DNA from: an archaeon
GTDB lineage: Archaea > EX4484-52 > WAPT01
Direction of reading: 5' to 3'
Length of the DNA: 64,000 bases
Assembly: GCA_029258795.1 (NCBI GenBank)
Contig: JAPDKB010000002.1
Span: forward strand, 64,001-128,000
Each line of letters starts with the position of its first letter. Position 1 is the stretch's first letter. Position numbers and translations under genes: made by a program. Below, in pieces: positions 38,930 to 48,382 of the stretch. The notes under the pieces were generated by a model. It ran no database searches. It had not been told where the DNA came from and saw only the letters and a program-made list of their open reading frames with translations.

Positions 38930-40860
38930 AATTGAAAATGCTAGATTTTTCATAACAAACATGTATTCAAAATCCAATCGGTAATTTTTTATAAGTAAAA
39001 ATGAACGGATATGAAAGGGGATTTGAACACTTCTGACTGTTCAAGAAATATTCTGAAAAAGATTAGAAATATTTCCACCTTATCTATGAGACCACAAAAC
39101 TTATTAAGCACTTTTTGACGAATTATGAGAAAAGCTAGTTATTTAGAAGTGAATAACTCATTTTGTAAAGGACTCCCCACAAAAGAAATTAGAAACACAG
39201 AGGGAAAATTAAACATTTTTTACAAATGGTCTATTAAGTAATGAATGAGGAAACTACCCAAAGGGTGAGTTAGGAATATTCAGCTTTTTGTACAAATATG
39301 CGCAACTTTCTCCTTTACATATTTCTTTTATAATTTTTAATGAAGAGTCGTTACACCTGAAAAATGCTATCTTATATTCAATTGGAGATTCTAAAAATTC
39401 TTTCTCAGAATATACCACATGTATCTTTTTATTTGAATAGAATGCAATTGGAGGACAATTTCCAATACAGACAACTTCAGGAATATTAGTGGTGTTGAGA
39501 TAGAGACCCATTTCTTTAGTAACATATCTTAATCCTTGCTCAAATTCTATTTGAGGAGTGTAACATCTTTGGTATTGTGTAATTAAAAAAGAAAATGAAA
39601 ACAGAATAAAAAATGAAAATATAATAAAGAATATTGGGCGATCCAACTTAAAATATTTTCCAAACTCTACAAAAAAATAAGATATGAAACACACTAGAAA
39701 AGATACCAGAAGAAGAAAAAACCTTTCTACTTCCCAAGGAATTGTAGGAGGCTTCGCAACATTTCTAAAAACTATACTTGAAGAGTATACAAATAGTGTC
39801 AAAGAGGCATAGATTAGAATAAGATTATATTTTCTTTCATATGGAGATAATTGTCTGTTGAATATTTTTTCTTTCATAAAAATAAGTATTCCAAGAAAAG
39901 AAAAAAGCACAAAACCAGTTCCTAGAGAATCGTTAAAAAGATAAACTAAAAAACTAAGCTCAGACTTGTCTCCTTCGGAAATTACATGTGATGCCTTTAT
40001 GAAGGTATAGAAAGGGTTTCCAAATTTTAGATAATTGAACAATATATACGGTAACATTCCCATGAAAAAGATAAAAATGAAGAAAAATATCTCTTTTATT
40101 TTCTTTCTTCTAATTAATTCTAGAACTAGTGGCAATATTAGAACCCAAATCAAAAGATTTGTGAATTTCATCAAAACTGCTAAACTCAAGAACAATGCAC
40201 TTGCATAAATATGTACTGGGTTTTGGTTTTTTGTTCCATAATACATAAGAATGAAACTCATTAAACCAAGAACACACGCGGGATGATCTGTAAGGACATA
40301 CCTACTGTGGAGTATGCTAAGCGGAAATATCGCAATAAGAGAGGAACTAAATCTTGCAACTCTTTCATCAAATAATTTACCTAAATAGTATACAGGAAAA
40401 ACAATTAAAGAATTAAAAAAGGCAAGAAACACTTTAGAATATACGAGATAATTTTGTGGAGATAATTTCCATATAATGGCTAAGAATAGAGATATCAATG
40501 GAGGCCTTAAAGAGATTTCTTCATACCCAATTTCTTCCCCTCCAAATAATTTTCCGTGGAGTAAATATACGGCTTCGTCCCATATCACATACGTTGTATC
40601 TATAAATGTGAGTCTCAAAAATAAAGCTATTCCAAAAATAAATAGGAGGAATGTCACATCCTTTCTGCCCATCTTCAATCTCATAATAGTTTGTTTTTCG
40701 TTCGTTTAAATTAATTATAATTATCACGGAAATTATCGACCTGTTCTCTGAAATTCAATTTATGGGATAAATGATATTAATTGAATCTAGATTTTTGGAG
40801 ATGACAAAATAAAATAAATTCGTAACGATTAAATCCAAGAGGAGAGGATAAGAGTGCTGG
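38930..40860. other. AT-rich foreign-looking islet downstream of tRNA-Tyr
   Basis: Abrupt shift to long A/T runs and AT-biased codons directly after the tRNA 3' end; boundaries approximate. Confidence 0.65.
39254..40684 (-). CDS. GT-C fold glycosyltransferase (ArnT/PMT family 39-like)
   Basis: WDEAVY after TM1, RPPL, LTDHP and KFT motifs; about 11 TM helices. Confidence 0.85.
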   Translation of the reverse strand: MRLKMGRKDVTFLLFIFGIALFLRLTFIDTTYVIWDEAVYLLHGKLFGGEEIGYEEISLRPPLISLFLAIIWKLSPQNYLVYSKVFLAFFNSLIVFPVYYLGKLFDERVARFSSSLIAIFPLSILHSRYVLTDHPACVLGLMSFILMYYGTKNQNPVHIYASALFLSLAVLMKFTNLLIWVLILPLVLELIRRKKIKEIFFFIFIFFMGMLPYILFNYLKFGNPFYTFIKASHVISEGDKSELSFLVYLFNDSLGTGFVLFSFLGILIFMKEKIFNRQLSPYERKYNLILIYASLTLFVYSSSIVFRNVAKPPTIPWEVERFFLLLVSFLVCFISYFFVEFGKYFKLDRPIFFIIFSFFILFSFSFLITQYQRCYTPQIEFEQGLRYVTKEMGLYLNTTNIPEVVCIGNCPPIAFYSNKKIHVVYSEKEFLESPIEYKIAFFRCNDSSLKIIKEICKGESCAYLYKKLNIPNSPFG

Positions 40861-40911
40861 CATTATGATATAATTACCAGAAGTAGGTTTAGAAGCGCCT
40901 TCTCATTTTCA

Positions 40912-42336
40912 TCATTCAATCATTATCTCAGAACTTCTGGTTCTTATCTTTCTTCTTCCAACCTGTGCTCGCACTTCTACTGGTGGAAGCTTTATTTTGC
41001 CCTCCACGTGCAAAAGCGGCTTTATTTTGTAAGCGAGCACCTTCTCCTCTCCCGGTTTCAAACTTGCGAATCTCCACACTATTCTTGTCTTTCCATGCAA
41101 TTTTTTGATTTCCACGGGCTTTCCAGCCTCAAATTCTCTTATCACCTGGAACATTCCGGGCACGTCATCCACGACTTCAACGTTCTTAAGCGTGCGTTTG
41201 CCACGGTTTCTTATGGTTACATAAACTTTGTGTATGTCCTCATGTCTCCTGTGTTTTTTATGCACACGCGGATATTGCACGACCTCAAAAACAATGAAAA
41301 AGATGATAAGTGCAGCCAGAATCATGAACAAGAACGGCCAGTAGTTTATTCCGTATCGTATCGTGCATGATTCAAGCGGTTTTAGTTTGCATTCCCACAC
41401 GAAATAAGTGCTTCCATCCTCCTCCACAATCTCTGGCTTGGTGATTATTATGTACGCAAAGTCAGGATATCTTTTTGGTTCTTGAATAGTGAATGTTCCT
41501 TCCTCATTACCTTTGTTGGTTACAGTTATGATTATTTCTTTCTCCATGAACTTTTTCTCCACTGCTTTGGATTTATCCATCACAGCTTTGCTCTCGATGG
41601 TAAAGGATGTTCTTTTTTCATCCAGCGTGTCACCTATATCATCAACGAGTTTTGCCACCACACTATATTCTCCCTTTGCTTTATACGGATCGAGGGTGAA
41701 GTTGAAAGTCAGTAACTTTGTCTCGTTGACCTTTAGATCAGGCACACGTTTTTTCGCAACTTCTTTGCCAGTTATACCTTCAACCTCAACAACCACGTAG
41801 ATGTTGTAGCCTTCTGTGCTCTCAGAACCCTCGTTTTTGACACCCACCATAACCGTTATCGGCTCGCCCATCGAATAAAGTTGCTTGGATGTTTCGAGCT
41901 TTTTCATCACGAGCTTTATAGATTTTTCCACGTAGACAGTGTCTTTAATTTCTATTTTCTGAGCATGATTATTTTTGTTCCTGACTATAATTATGAACTG
42001 GTAAAGACCGGACGGTGTTCCTTCGGGAGGAGAGATGGTGATGGAGACCTTTTTAGTTTCATGGGGCGCAAGTCGCAGGTATGATGGCTCGACATTATAC
42101 CACGCGATCTGAGAAGCGCTCAGAAGCACCTCCAGTTCTAAAGGTGTGTCTTCAAGGTTGGTTATAATCGCGGTGTATTTTACGCTTTCAGGTGGTTTGA
42201 CAACCTTCACATCCGCTAAAATTTTCACCTGAAACGGATTTGTTTGAGAAAAACCAACAGGCATCAGGTTAACTATGAAAATCCCCAGCACCGCGAATAG
42301 CAAAATATACCTCTTCACATCGCTCCCCTCAATCAT
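40912..42336 (-). CDS. Surface protein with Ig-like (CARDB/NEW3-like) repeats, TM helix and C-terminal DUF11-like domain
   Basis: Signal peptide; repeated (I/V)xNxG motifs; LKPGEEKVLAY; ATGA overlap with the upstream gene. Confidence 0.72.
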   Translation of the reverse strand: MIEGSDVKRYILLFAVLGIFIVNLMPVGFSQTNPFQVKILADVKVVKPPESVKYTAIITNLEDTPLELEVLLSASQIAWYNVEPSYLRLAPHETKKVSITISPPEGTPSGLYQFIIIVRNKNNHAQKIEIKDTVYVEKSIKLVMKKLETSKQLYSMGEPITVMVGVKNEGSESTEGYNIYVVVEVEGITGKEVAKKRVPDLKVNETKLLTFNFTLDPYKAKGEYSVVAKLVDDIGDTLDEKRTSFTIESKAVMDKSKAVEKKFMEKEIIITVTNKGNEEGTFTIQEPKRYPDFAYIIITKPEIVEEDGSTYFVWECKLKPLESCTIRYGINYWPFLFMILAALIIFFIVFEVVQYPRVHKKHRRHEDIHKVYVTIRNRGKRTLKNVEVVDDVPGMFQVIREFEAGKPVEIKKLHGKTRIVWRFASLKPGEEKVLAYKIKPLLHVEGKIKLPPVEVRAQVGRRKIRTRSSEIMIE

Positions 42337-42524
42337 TCTGTGGGCGAGTAGTAGCATCTCTTGGGAACACATACCAATCCTTTCTTTTTAAGCTTGCTCA
42401 TTATTCTGGACACCTCCTTGACTTCCATCCCCGGCATTCTGGCCACTTCTCCCGGTCTAACGGGTTTGCCAGCTTTTTTCATGGCGTCCAGCAACAACTT
42501 TTCCTCCTCGCTTATGTTGCTCAT
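42333..42524 (-). CDS. Small winged-helix DNA-binding protein
   Basis: 63 aa: AMKKAGKPVRPGEVA...KEVSRIMSKLKKKGLV.PKRCYY. Confidence 0.75.
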   Translation of the reverse strand: MSNISEEEKLLLDAMKKAGKPVRPGEVARMPGMEVKEVSRIMSKLKKKGLVCVPKRCYYSPTE

Positions 42525-42670
42525 TAACTCGCCCCCACTTTACATAGAAAATTGCCAGCAAAATGATAAATATGTTTTGTCATGTTTTGAAAGAAGATGA
42601 GATTCGAAATATCGGTTAGGACCTAAGGCGGGAGTGATGGTCTAAAATTAGGAAAAATCCGTGATATGAT

Positions 42671-42794
42671 TGGAGCCCCGGCCGGGATTTTCATGGAAGA
42701 TTACTCGACCCTTAAAGCGGCGTCGAGCAGCCATTTTGAACCCGGGACCTCTTCCTTACCAGGGAAGCGCTCCACCAGGCTGAGCTACCGGGGC
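42671..42794 (-). tRNA. tRNA-Thr(GGT) with a 47-nt T-loop intron (42688..42734)
   Basis: Acceptor GCCCCGG/CCGGGGC, U73 and CCA; CTTCC-CT GGT AA-GGAAG; BHB TTCA/TGAA with AAA/AAT bulges and TGG/CCA outer helix. Confidence 0.93.
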
Positions 42795-42855
42795 GTAAAT
42801 GAAAGACATTTCAACAAACGAGACGAAATTTTAAAATAGTTTTTATGTTTTTGCG

Positions 42856-43635
42856 TCAGGCTGCAAGGGCTTCTATGAAAAGTGCAGCCAGCATGAATAT
42901 GGAAAAGGACGCTCCCAAAACATAACTTTCCTTTGCATATTTTTCGGGGTCAAGCAACATTTTGTAAGCACAGTAAAAAAGCACAGCCATAAAAATAGCT
43001 CCAACCTTCACATGCACCATCCCGAACAACTTGACCGGGAGCAGAAGGATTGTTCCGCCCACGAAAAGAAAAATAGAAGCCACCATGCCCGTAATTTTCT
43101 CACCGTACAGCGCTGAGAGGGTCTCATAGCGGTATTTATCAGTATCTAACGACACCTCCCACATGAGTTCCAAAGCCGCGAAAACGAAAAATATGGTAAT
43201 GCTGAGCAACGCAAGTGTTTCATTTATTCCAAAAACAGAACCTCCAGCCAGAAAGATCAGAGCTGCTGCAAAAGAGCGGAGGATGAAAGATAGCCATTTA
43301 TCTCGGAGCAGAAAGTGAAGCATACTCATCACAAAGAGGAGCGAGTATAACAATCCAGATGTTGTGGAGATTGTGAAGAACATGAGGATCATCGCAAATG
43401 GAAGGGCGAGTAACGCAATTCCGGGAACCCATTTGAACTTTTCTCCGTTTCTCATTCTTGAATCCAGAATGATGAGGAATCCTATTGAGATCAGACCCAG
43501 CGGAATCACATGCAGCGTGTCCCTCACACCAATTCCGGAATTTCTTGCACTCACCAAAGCACCAGTAATGAATAAAGAAAGAGCAAGAAGCATCTTTTCT
43601 ATTGTGTGTCCATTACTGCTTTCAGCATCGTCCAT
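42856..43635 (-). CDS. Divergent UbiA-like multi-pass membrane protein
   Basis: About eight TMs; ELMWEVSLDTDKYRYETLSALYG resembles the second Asp-rich UbiA loop, but the first motif is not recognisable. Confidence 0.55.
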   Translation of the reverse strand: MDDAESSNGHTIEKMLLALSLFITGALVSARNSGIGVRDTLHVIPLGLISIGFLIILDSRMRNGEKFKWVPGIALLALPFAMILMFFTISTTSGLLYSLLFVMSMLHFLLRDKWLSFILRSFAAALIFLAGGSVFGINETLALLSITIFFVFAALELMWEVSLDTDKYRYETLSALYGEKITGMVASIFLFVGGTILLLPVKLFGMVHVKVGAIFMAVLFYCAYKMLLDPEKYAKESYVLGASFSIFMLAALFIEALAA

Positions 43636-43668
43636 GATCCCCACTCTTTCCAAATAAAATAGCAGGAA

Positions 43669-43845
43669 TTACTTCTTGGATGCTCCTCTCATCTGTTTCT
43701 TCTTCGGTCTTAATCTTTTAGAACCACATTTCCTGCACTTCGCTTTAGCAGGATTCTTAACCCTGATTCTCGCATTGCACCTCATGCAAACATAAACATT
43801 CCTGAACATTCTCTCCTCCACAACTTCCGGTCTGGGCGTGGCCAT
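43669..43845 (-). CDS. rpl40e: 50S ribosomal protein L40e (below ORF-track size cutoff)
   Basis: Translated by hand: MATPRPEVVEERMFRNVYVCMRCNARIRVKNPAKAKCRKCGSKRLRPKKKQMRGASKK; GGTGA RBS. Confidence 0.93.
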   Translation of the reverse strand: MATPRPEVVEERMFRNVYVCMRCNARIRVKNPAKAKCRKCGSKRLRPKKKQMRGASKK

Positions 43846-43922
43846 GAGACATCACCATCAAAAACTGAACACGGAGTTTGAACACAATTATGCTGTTGTG
43901 TAAATTTTATAAATATTTGGCA

Positions 43923-44522
43923 TTATGGCTGTCCTTTTTCATGTTTCTCATTCCTCACCAGCTTCTCAAGCTCATCGGACCAGCTAACCGATCCAATTTC
44001 GTACTCTTCCTCTTTTACCCCGCGCTCAAGGAGAGCAAGCATAACTTCCACCACGTCATCAGGCGGGGTGGATGTGGTGTCTATTTCGTAAGCCATTTTC
44101 CATCTTTTCAAGTGATACGCTTCTTGAGTTATCACATCCAGTATCTCCGCCTCAACGTTTTCCCTGATTTTTTCCGGACCCCATCCTTTCGCTTCAAGAC
44201 GTTTTCTAAGTTCATTCGGGTGGCACCTTAGAATGAAAAGAGCATCGACCTTTATGAAGTGCGCCAGGTGTCCCTCTACCACAACATGTCTGGAAAGGTT
44301 AGCCTTTTCCAGCGCGTTTTCCAGCTTTTCAACATCAACAATATAGCATTTTCTTTTCTTATCATAACCTTCTATTGCTTTAAGTTTCTCAGCAAGCTCA
44401 TTAACTTCAACTACTTTCCATCCCAGCCTTCTTGCAAGTTTTTGGGCAAGAGTGGTCTTACCAGTTCCGGGAGTGCCTGTTATCCCGATGCTTTTTACGT
44501 TCACATCCATAGACGTTCTCAA
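43923..44522 (-). CDS. Adenylate kinase, AK6/Fap7 type
   Basis: ITGTPGTGKTT, VEGHLAH and LRKRLEAKGW..EKIRENVEAE motifs. Confidence 0.92.
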   Translation of the reverse strand: MRTSMDVNVKSIGITGTPGTGKTTLAQKLARRLGWKVVEVNELAEKLKAIEGYDKKRKCYIVDVEKLENALEKANLSRHVVVEGHLAHFIKVDALFILRCHPNELRKRLEAKGWGPEKIRENVEAEILDVITQEAYHLKRWKMAYEIDTTSTPPDDVVEVMLALLERGVKEEEYEIGSVSWSDELEKLVRNEKHEKGQP

Positions 44523-46732
44523 CCTCTTATTGTTTGAAAAATGAGCTTGATGATTGTGTTCAGCTGTTGAATTAATTCAGATAATAAGGTGGAAATGTTT
44601 TCTTTCATCTGACCGATGAAAATGCGGACCCCATTACCTTTCAATTCTCCCCGCCACACAACTTTTGACCCCACTTCATCAAAACATACAATCTCAGCGT
44701 TCTTTCCGGAGAGAGGCGCATCTATCATCACTCTGTTATCTCCAGCCAAAAGTTTGTTAGGGATGGGAACATAGTTTTTGCCATCAACCAAAACACTCAG
44801 ATTGTGACATACATTGTTGATGGAAATTAACAGGAATGTTCTGTTATCGCGTGCATACACATCTTTAACTTTCATCTCAGTCTTCTCTATGATCTTGTAT
44901 ACAACGGGTATGGCATCAACGACCTCATCATTCATTAGGAGCTTCACCCAAACCATTCTTTCACCAGTTCCTCTGGGTTTGATGTTTGCCTCAAGCTCAT
45001 TTTTACCATTTTCGAGTTTGAATTCTTCAGCACCGATTTTGATGGTTAGATTTTGGGCTTTGGAAGGGTTGAAAATCTCAACTTTGATGGTGATCTCGCT
45101 TCCGTTATACACAGTACTGGGATGGAACACACTACCAATGTACGGAAGCTTAACATCGCTGGTGGTGTAGCTTAGCACTTGATAACCACCATGTTCATCG
45201 AACACAAACATCCTCTGGGATGGAGTTTGGGGGAGGTAAAATATTCGAGACTCACTTTGAAGATCATAAGATTCCAGCATGACATCATTACCCACATATA
45301 ATTTGAGGGGAGTTACACACCCTTCTGCGTTCACAATAACACCCACATCCGCATTACTTTGCACCTCTTGCCTGAGAAGTGATGCACGCCAGCATTTTGC
45401 ATGCGGTTTTTGGAGCGGTGATACTTTAATTTCAACCGGCAGGGCTCGTGGTTCAGTGTAGTATGTGTTGAGCGTGAGGGGGCAGATGTATTCGTAGTGG
45501 GGGTCCAGCTGATTTGAGGCTTTGACGATCCAGTAGTGGTATGCATTCTTTCCCGCCGCTTCCGTAACATATGCTGTGCTGTCCTCAATTTCCAAAATGC
45601 TGGCGCCTTTACATGGCAGAAGAATGAGTTTATCCACTTTTGTCGTGGTTGGAGTTATCTTAACCCATACAACACCCGAGCCACCAAGAGGTAAGGTTAA
45701 AGGGGCAGCGTACAGCGCAACATCATCTCTTGGAAACTGCTTTTCAACCAAGCTTACTTCAAATTGGGGTTCTTCCGAGTTCCAGTTTATATCTCGTATG
45801 TTGTACCCTTCCACTTTTATGTTGTTCGATATCTTGTTGTCCAGATACGATCCCATATATATGTGGGTTGCATCCACATTACCCACTTCAAGCCATAAGA
45901 CATCCACGGGAATCCATCTATCACCCACATAGACCTCTGCTATGGCATGACTTTCCCATCCATTTTTGCCAAAAGCATAAACATGAGCATATCTTGCAGG
46001 AATGCCTATTGCTCTTGCAAGCGCTATGAAAAGGGTTGTATATTCAGCGCACACACCTCTCCTGTTTTTCAGAACCCACAACGCATCTTTGTTTTCATCA
46101 GCATATCCCTCATCATACTCAACATTTTCGTTTACCCAGATAGCCAACGCTGCAACCTTCTCAAAATCATTTGTGGCATTTTGCGTTAATCTCCGGGCCA
46201 GCGATCGGATTTCGGGGGCGTTGCTTTGAATGTTCTCTGTCGGCAGGAGGTACTGCTGAATTTCTGCAGGATATGCGCTACCGATTAGATTGCTGCTTTC
46301 CAATGGGTGTTTCACCTCAAAGGATTTCGAAACCACATGAAACTTGAGTTCATATCTGTAAGTGTTGGGCGGATTCTTTATTTTCAGGCTGCATATTGTG
46401 TTCCCATCCTTATCCTTCAACAACTCACATTCCGAAGGGTATGAAATTACGTTCTGCCATTTGTTGCTGTAAGGTATGCTCAGGTTGATTTCGAGAAGTT
46501 TACCTTCTCCATGAAAGCTTACCTCTCCTTTAAACGTGATCCACGCATCCAGCTCTGACACATACCTTGCCTCAGTTGAATTTAAAACAACATTTTCCCG
46601 AGCCAAGGATAAATTGCTCACAAAACTCAGGAAAATCATTGCTGCAAAGACGGATAAAATGGAGATGTTAATCCATCTACGGTTCCAGATAACAGATTTA
46701 AAAGTTAAGCACTCACTTACTATCATACGCAT
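44519..46732 (-). CDS. Exported transglutaminase-like (Cys-His-Asp) domain protein
   Basis: Signal peptide; GVCAEYTTLFIALARAIGIPAR, SHAIAEVY and WIPVD; long beta-rich C-terminus. Confidence 0.85.
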   Translation of the reverse strand: MRMIVSECLTFKSVIWNRRWINISILSVFAAMIFLSFVSNLSLARENVVLNSTEARYVSELDAWITFKGEVSFHGEGKLLEINLSIPYSNKWQNVISYPSECELLKDKDGNTICSLKIKNPPNTYRYELKFHVVSKSFEVKHPLESSNLIGSAYPAEIQQYLLPTENIQSNAPEIRSLARRLTQNATNDFEKVAALAIWVNENVEYDEGYADENKDALWVLKNRRGVCAEYTTLFIALARAIGIPARYAHVYAFGKNGWESHAIAEVYVGDRWIPVDVLWLEVGNVDATHIYMGSYLDNKISNNIKVEGYNIRDINWNSEEPQFEVSLVEKQFPRDDVALYAAPLTLPLGGSGVVWVKITPTTTKVDKLILLPCKGASILEIEDSTAYVTEAAGKNAYHYWIVKASNQLDPHYEYICPLTLNTYYTEPRALPVEIKVSPLQKPHAKCWRASLLRQEVQSNADVGVIVNAEGCVTPLKLYVGNDVMLESYDLQSESRIFYLPQTPSQRMFVFDEHGGYQVLSYTTSDVKLPYIGSVFHPSTVYNGSEITIKVEIFNPSKAQNLTIKIGAEEFKLENGKNELEANIKPRGTGERMVWVKLLMNDEVVDAIPVVYKIIEKTEMKVKDVYARDNRTFLLISINNVCHNLSVLVDGKNYVPIPNKLLAGDNRVMIDAPLSGKNAEIVCFDEVGSKVVWRGELKGNGVRIFIGQMKENISTLLSELIQQLNTIIKLIFQTIRG

Positions 46733-46762
46733 ATCAATTTATGTTCGCGAGGTGATTAATAA

Positions 46763-47728
46763 ATGTTTGAGATATGGACCGAAAAATACCGACCAAAACG
46801 ACTGGATGAAGTTATCGGACAGGAACATGTTGTCTCACGTCTCAAAGCTTTTGTAAAAAGCAAGAACATACCAAACATGCTTTTTGCTGGGCCAGCGGGT
46901 GTAGGTAAGACAACATGTGCTATCGCCCTCGCAAGAGAGCTTTATGGAGAGGAGAACTGGAAACAGAACTTTCTGGAAACAAATGCTTCAGACGAGAGAG
47001 GCATAAATGTTATAAGGGGTAAGATCAAAGAATTCGCGAGAACAAAGCCCATAGGAGATGTGGGCTTCAAGATAATCTTTCTGGATGAGAGCGATGCTCT
47101 CACACAGGAAGCTCAGCAGGCGTTAAGGAGAACCATGGAAAAATACGCCAACACAACTCGCTTTATCCTTTCCTGTAATTATTCATCTAAGATTATTCCT
47201 CCAATACAATCGAGGTGTGCTGTTTTTCGCTTCAAACCGATAGATCCGGAGAAGATGAAAGCACACCTGAAGAAGATATGCGAATCCGAGGGTATTGAGG
47301 TGACGGAGGAAGGACTGGATGCGGTGGTGAGGGTTTCAGAGGGGGACATGAGGCAGGCGATAAACATTCTTCAGGCGGTTTCCATCACCACCAAAAAGCT
47401 TACAGTCCAAAACGTTTACGAGGTGGCAGCTTCCCTTAAACCAGAGGAAGTAAAGGAGATACTGGAACTTGCTTTAAAGGGTAATTTCACTCAGGCGAGA
47501 GATAAGCTCATCGAGGTTATGGTTGAGCGTGGTATGTCGGGAGTGGATGTGATTAAGGGGATACACAGGGAGATTCTCGGCCTGAACATAGAGGAAAGAG
47601 AGAAGGCGCATCTTATTGATAGACTTGGGGAATATGAGTTCAGAATTGTAGAGGGGGGTAGTGAGGATCTGCAAATTGAAGCATTTCTTGCAGAAGTGGT
47701 AGCGCTAAAATCAAAATTGATTAGATGA
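46763..47728 (+). CDS. rfcS: Replication factor C small subunit (no intein)
   Basis: WTEKYRP, GPAGVGKTT, NASDERG, LDESD, QQALRRTME and IQSRC motifs. Confidence 0.97.
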   Translation: MFEIWTEKYRPKRLDEVIGQEHVVSRLKAFVKSKNIPNMLFAGPAGVGKTTCAIALARELYGEENWKQNFLETNASDERGINVIRGKIKEFARTKPIGDVGFKIIFLDESDALTQEAQQALRRTMEKYANTTRFILSCNYSSKIIPPIQSRCAVFRFKPIDPEKMKAHLKKICESEGIEVTEEGLDAVVRVSEGDMRQAINILQAVSITTKKLTVQNVYEVAASLKPEEVKEILELALKGNFTQARDKLIEVMVERGMSGVDVIKGIHREILGLNIEEREKAHLIDRLGEYEFRIVEGGSEDLQIEAFLAEVVALKSKLIR

Positions 47729-47823
47729 TACTGCTCCTCAAAAGACCTCTTCTTTTCTTTTTAATCTTCGTGTCAAAATAAAATAAAAAGAAAGAGAAAT
47801 TCAGTGCTTGCCCTTTATCTCGT

Positions 47824-48288
47824 TTAAGCGTACTTGCCGCTCAAGGTTCCTGTGTTCGCTATATCCTGAGTAAATCCTTCAGGTGTGTAGTATATTGTTG
47901 TTTGCAATGTGTAGCACTTTCCTTCCTTTGCATCGGAAATAGTTGCTGACCCCGAAATAACCGCTTTGCTTCCTGGCTGTAGGTTGGTTCCTCCGTTTAT
48001 GTTCGTTACCTCAACATCACCCAGCTTCACTCGGGTGATATTCACCACTCTATCCATTCTGTTTTCCACTTCAATCTGAAAAGTCACTGTACCGGTATTG
48101 TCAGCATCCAAGGAAAATGTCCCTGTAGGAACAACTGCATTCACCATTTCAAAGCCATTCGCTCCTCCCGGTCCACAGGCCCTGTTAGAGAACACTTGGG
48201 TATAGAGTAAAGCACCCACTATTGCTATCGCTAGCAACGCCCAGCCATACGTCATTAAGTATTCGGTTGCTGCCTGACCTTTTCTCAT
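47824..48288 (-). CDS. Pilin with QxxxE-type class III signal peptide
   Basis: RKG^QAATEYLMTYGWALLAIAIV; own TTTATATA promoter and GGAGGTG RBS; next to the tad genes. Confidence 0.88.
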   Translation of the reverse strand: MRKGQAATEYLMTYGWALLAIAIVGALLYTQVFSNRACGPGGANGFEMVNAVVPTGTFSLDADNTGTVTFQIEVENRMDRVVNITRVKLGDVEVTNINGGTNLQPGSKAVISGSATISDAKEGKCYTLQTTIYYTPEGFTQDIANTGTLSGKYA

Positions 48289-48382
48289 GCTAACACCTCC
48301 TAAGAGCTGCTTAATGTTTTTATGCCATAAACCCCTATATAAATCTTTTCCGCGGATATCTTCTCATTCGACAGCCAACTAA

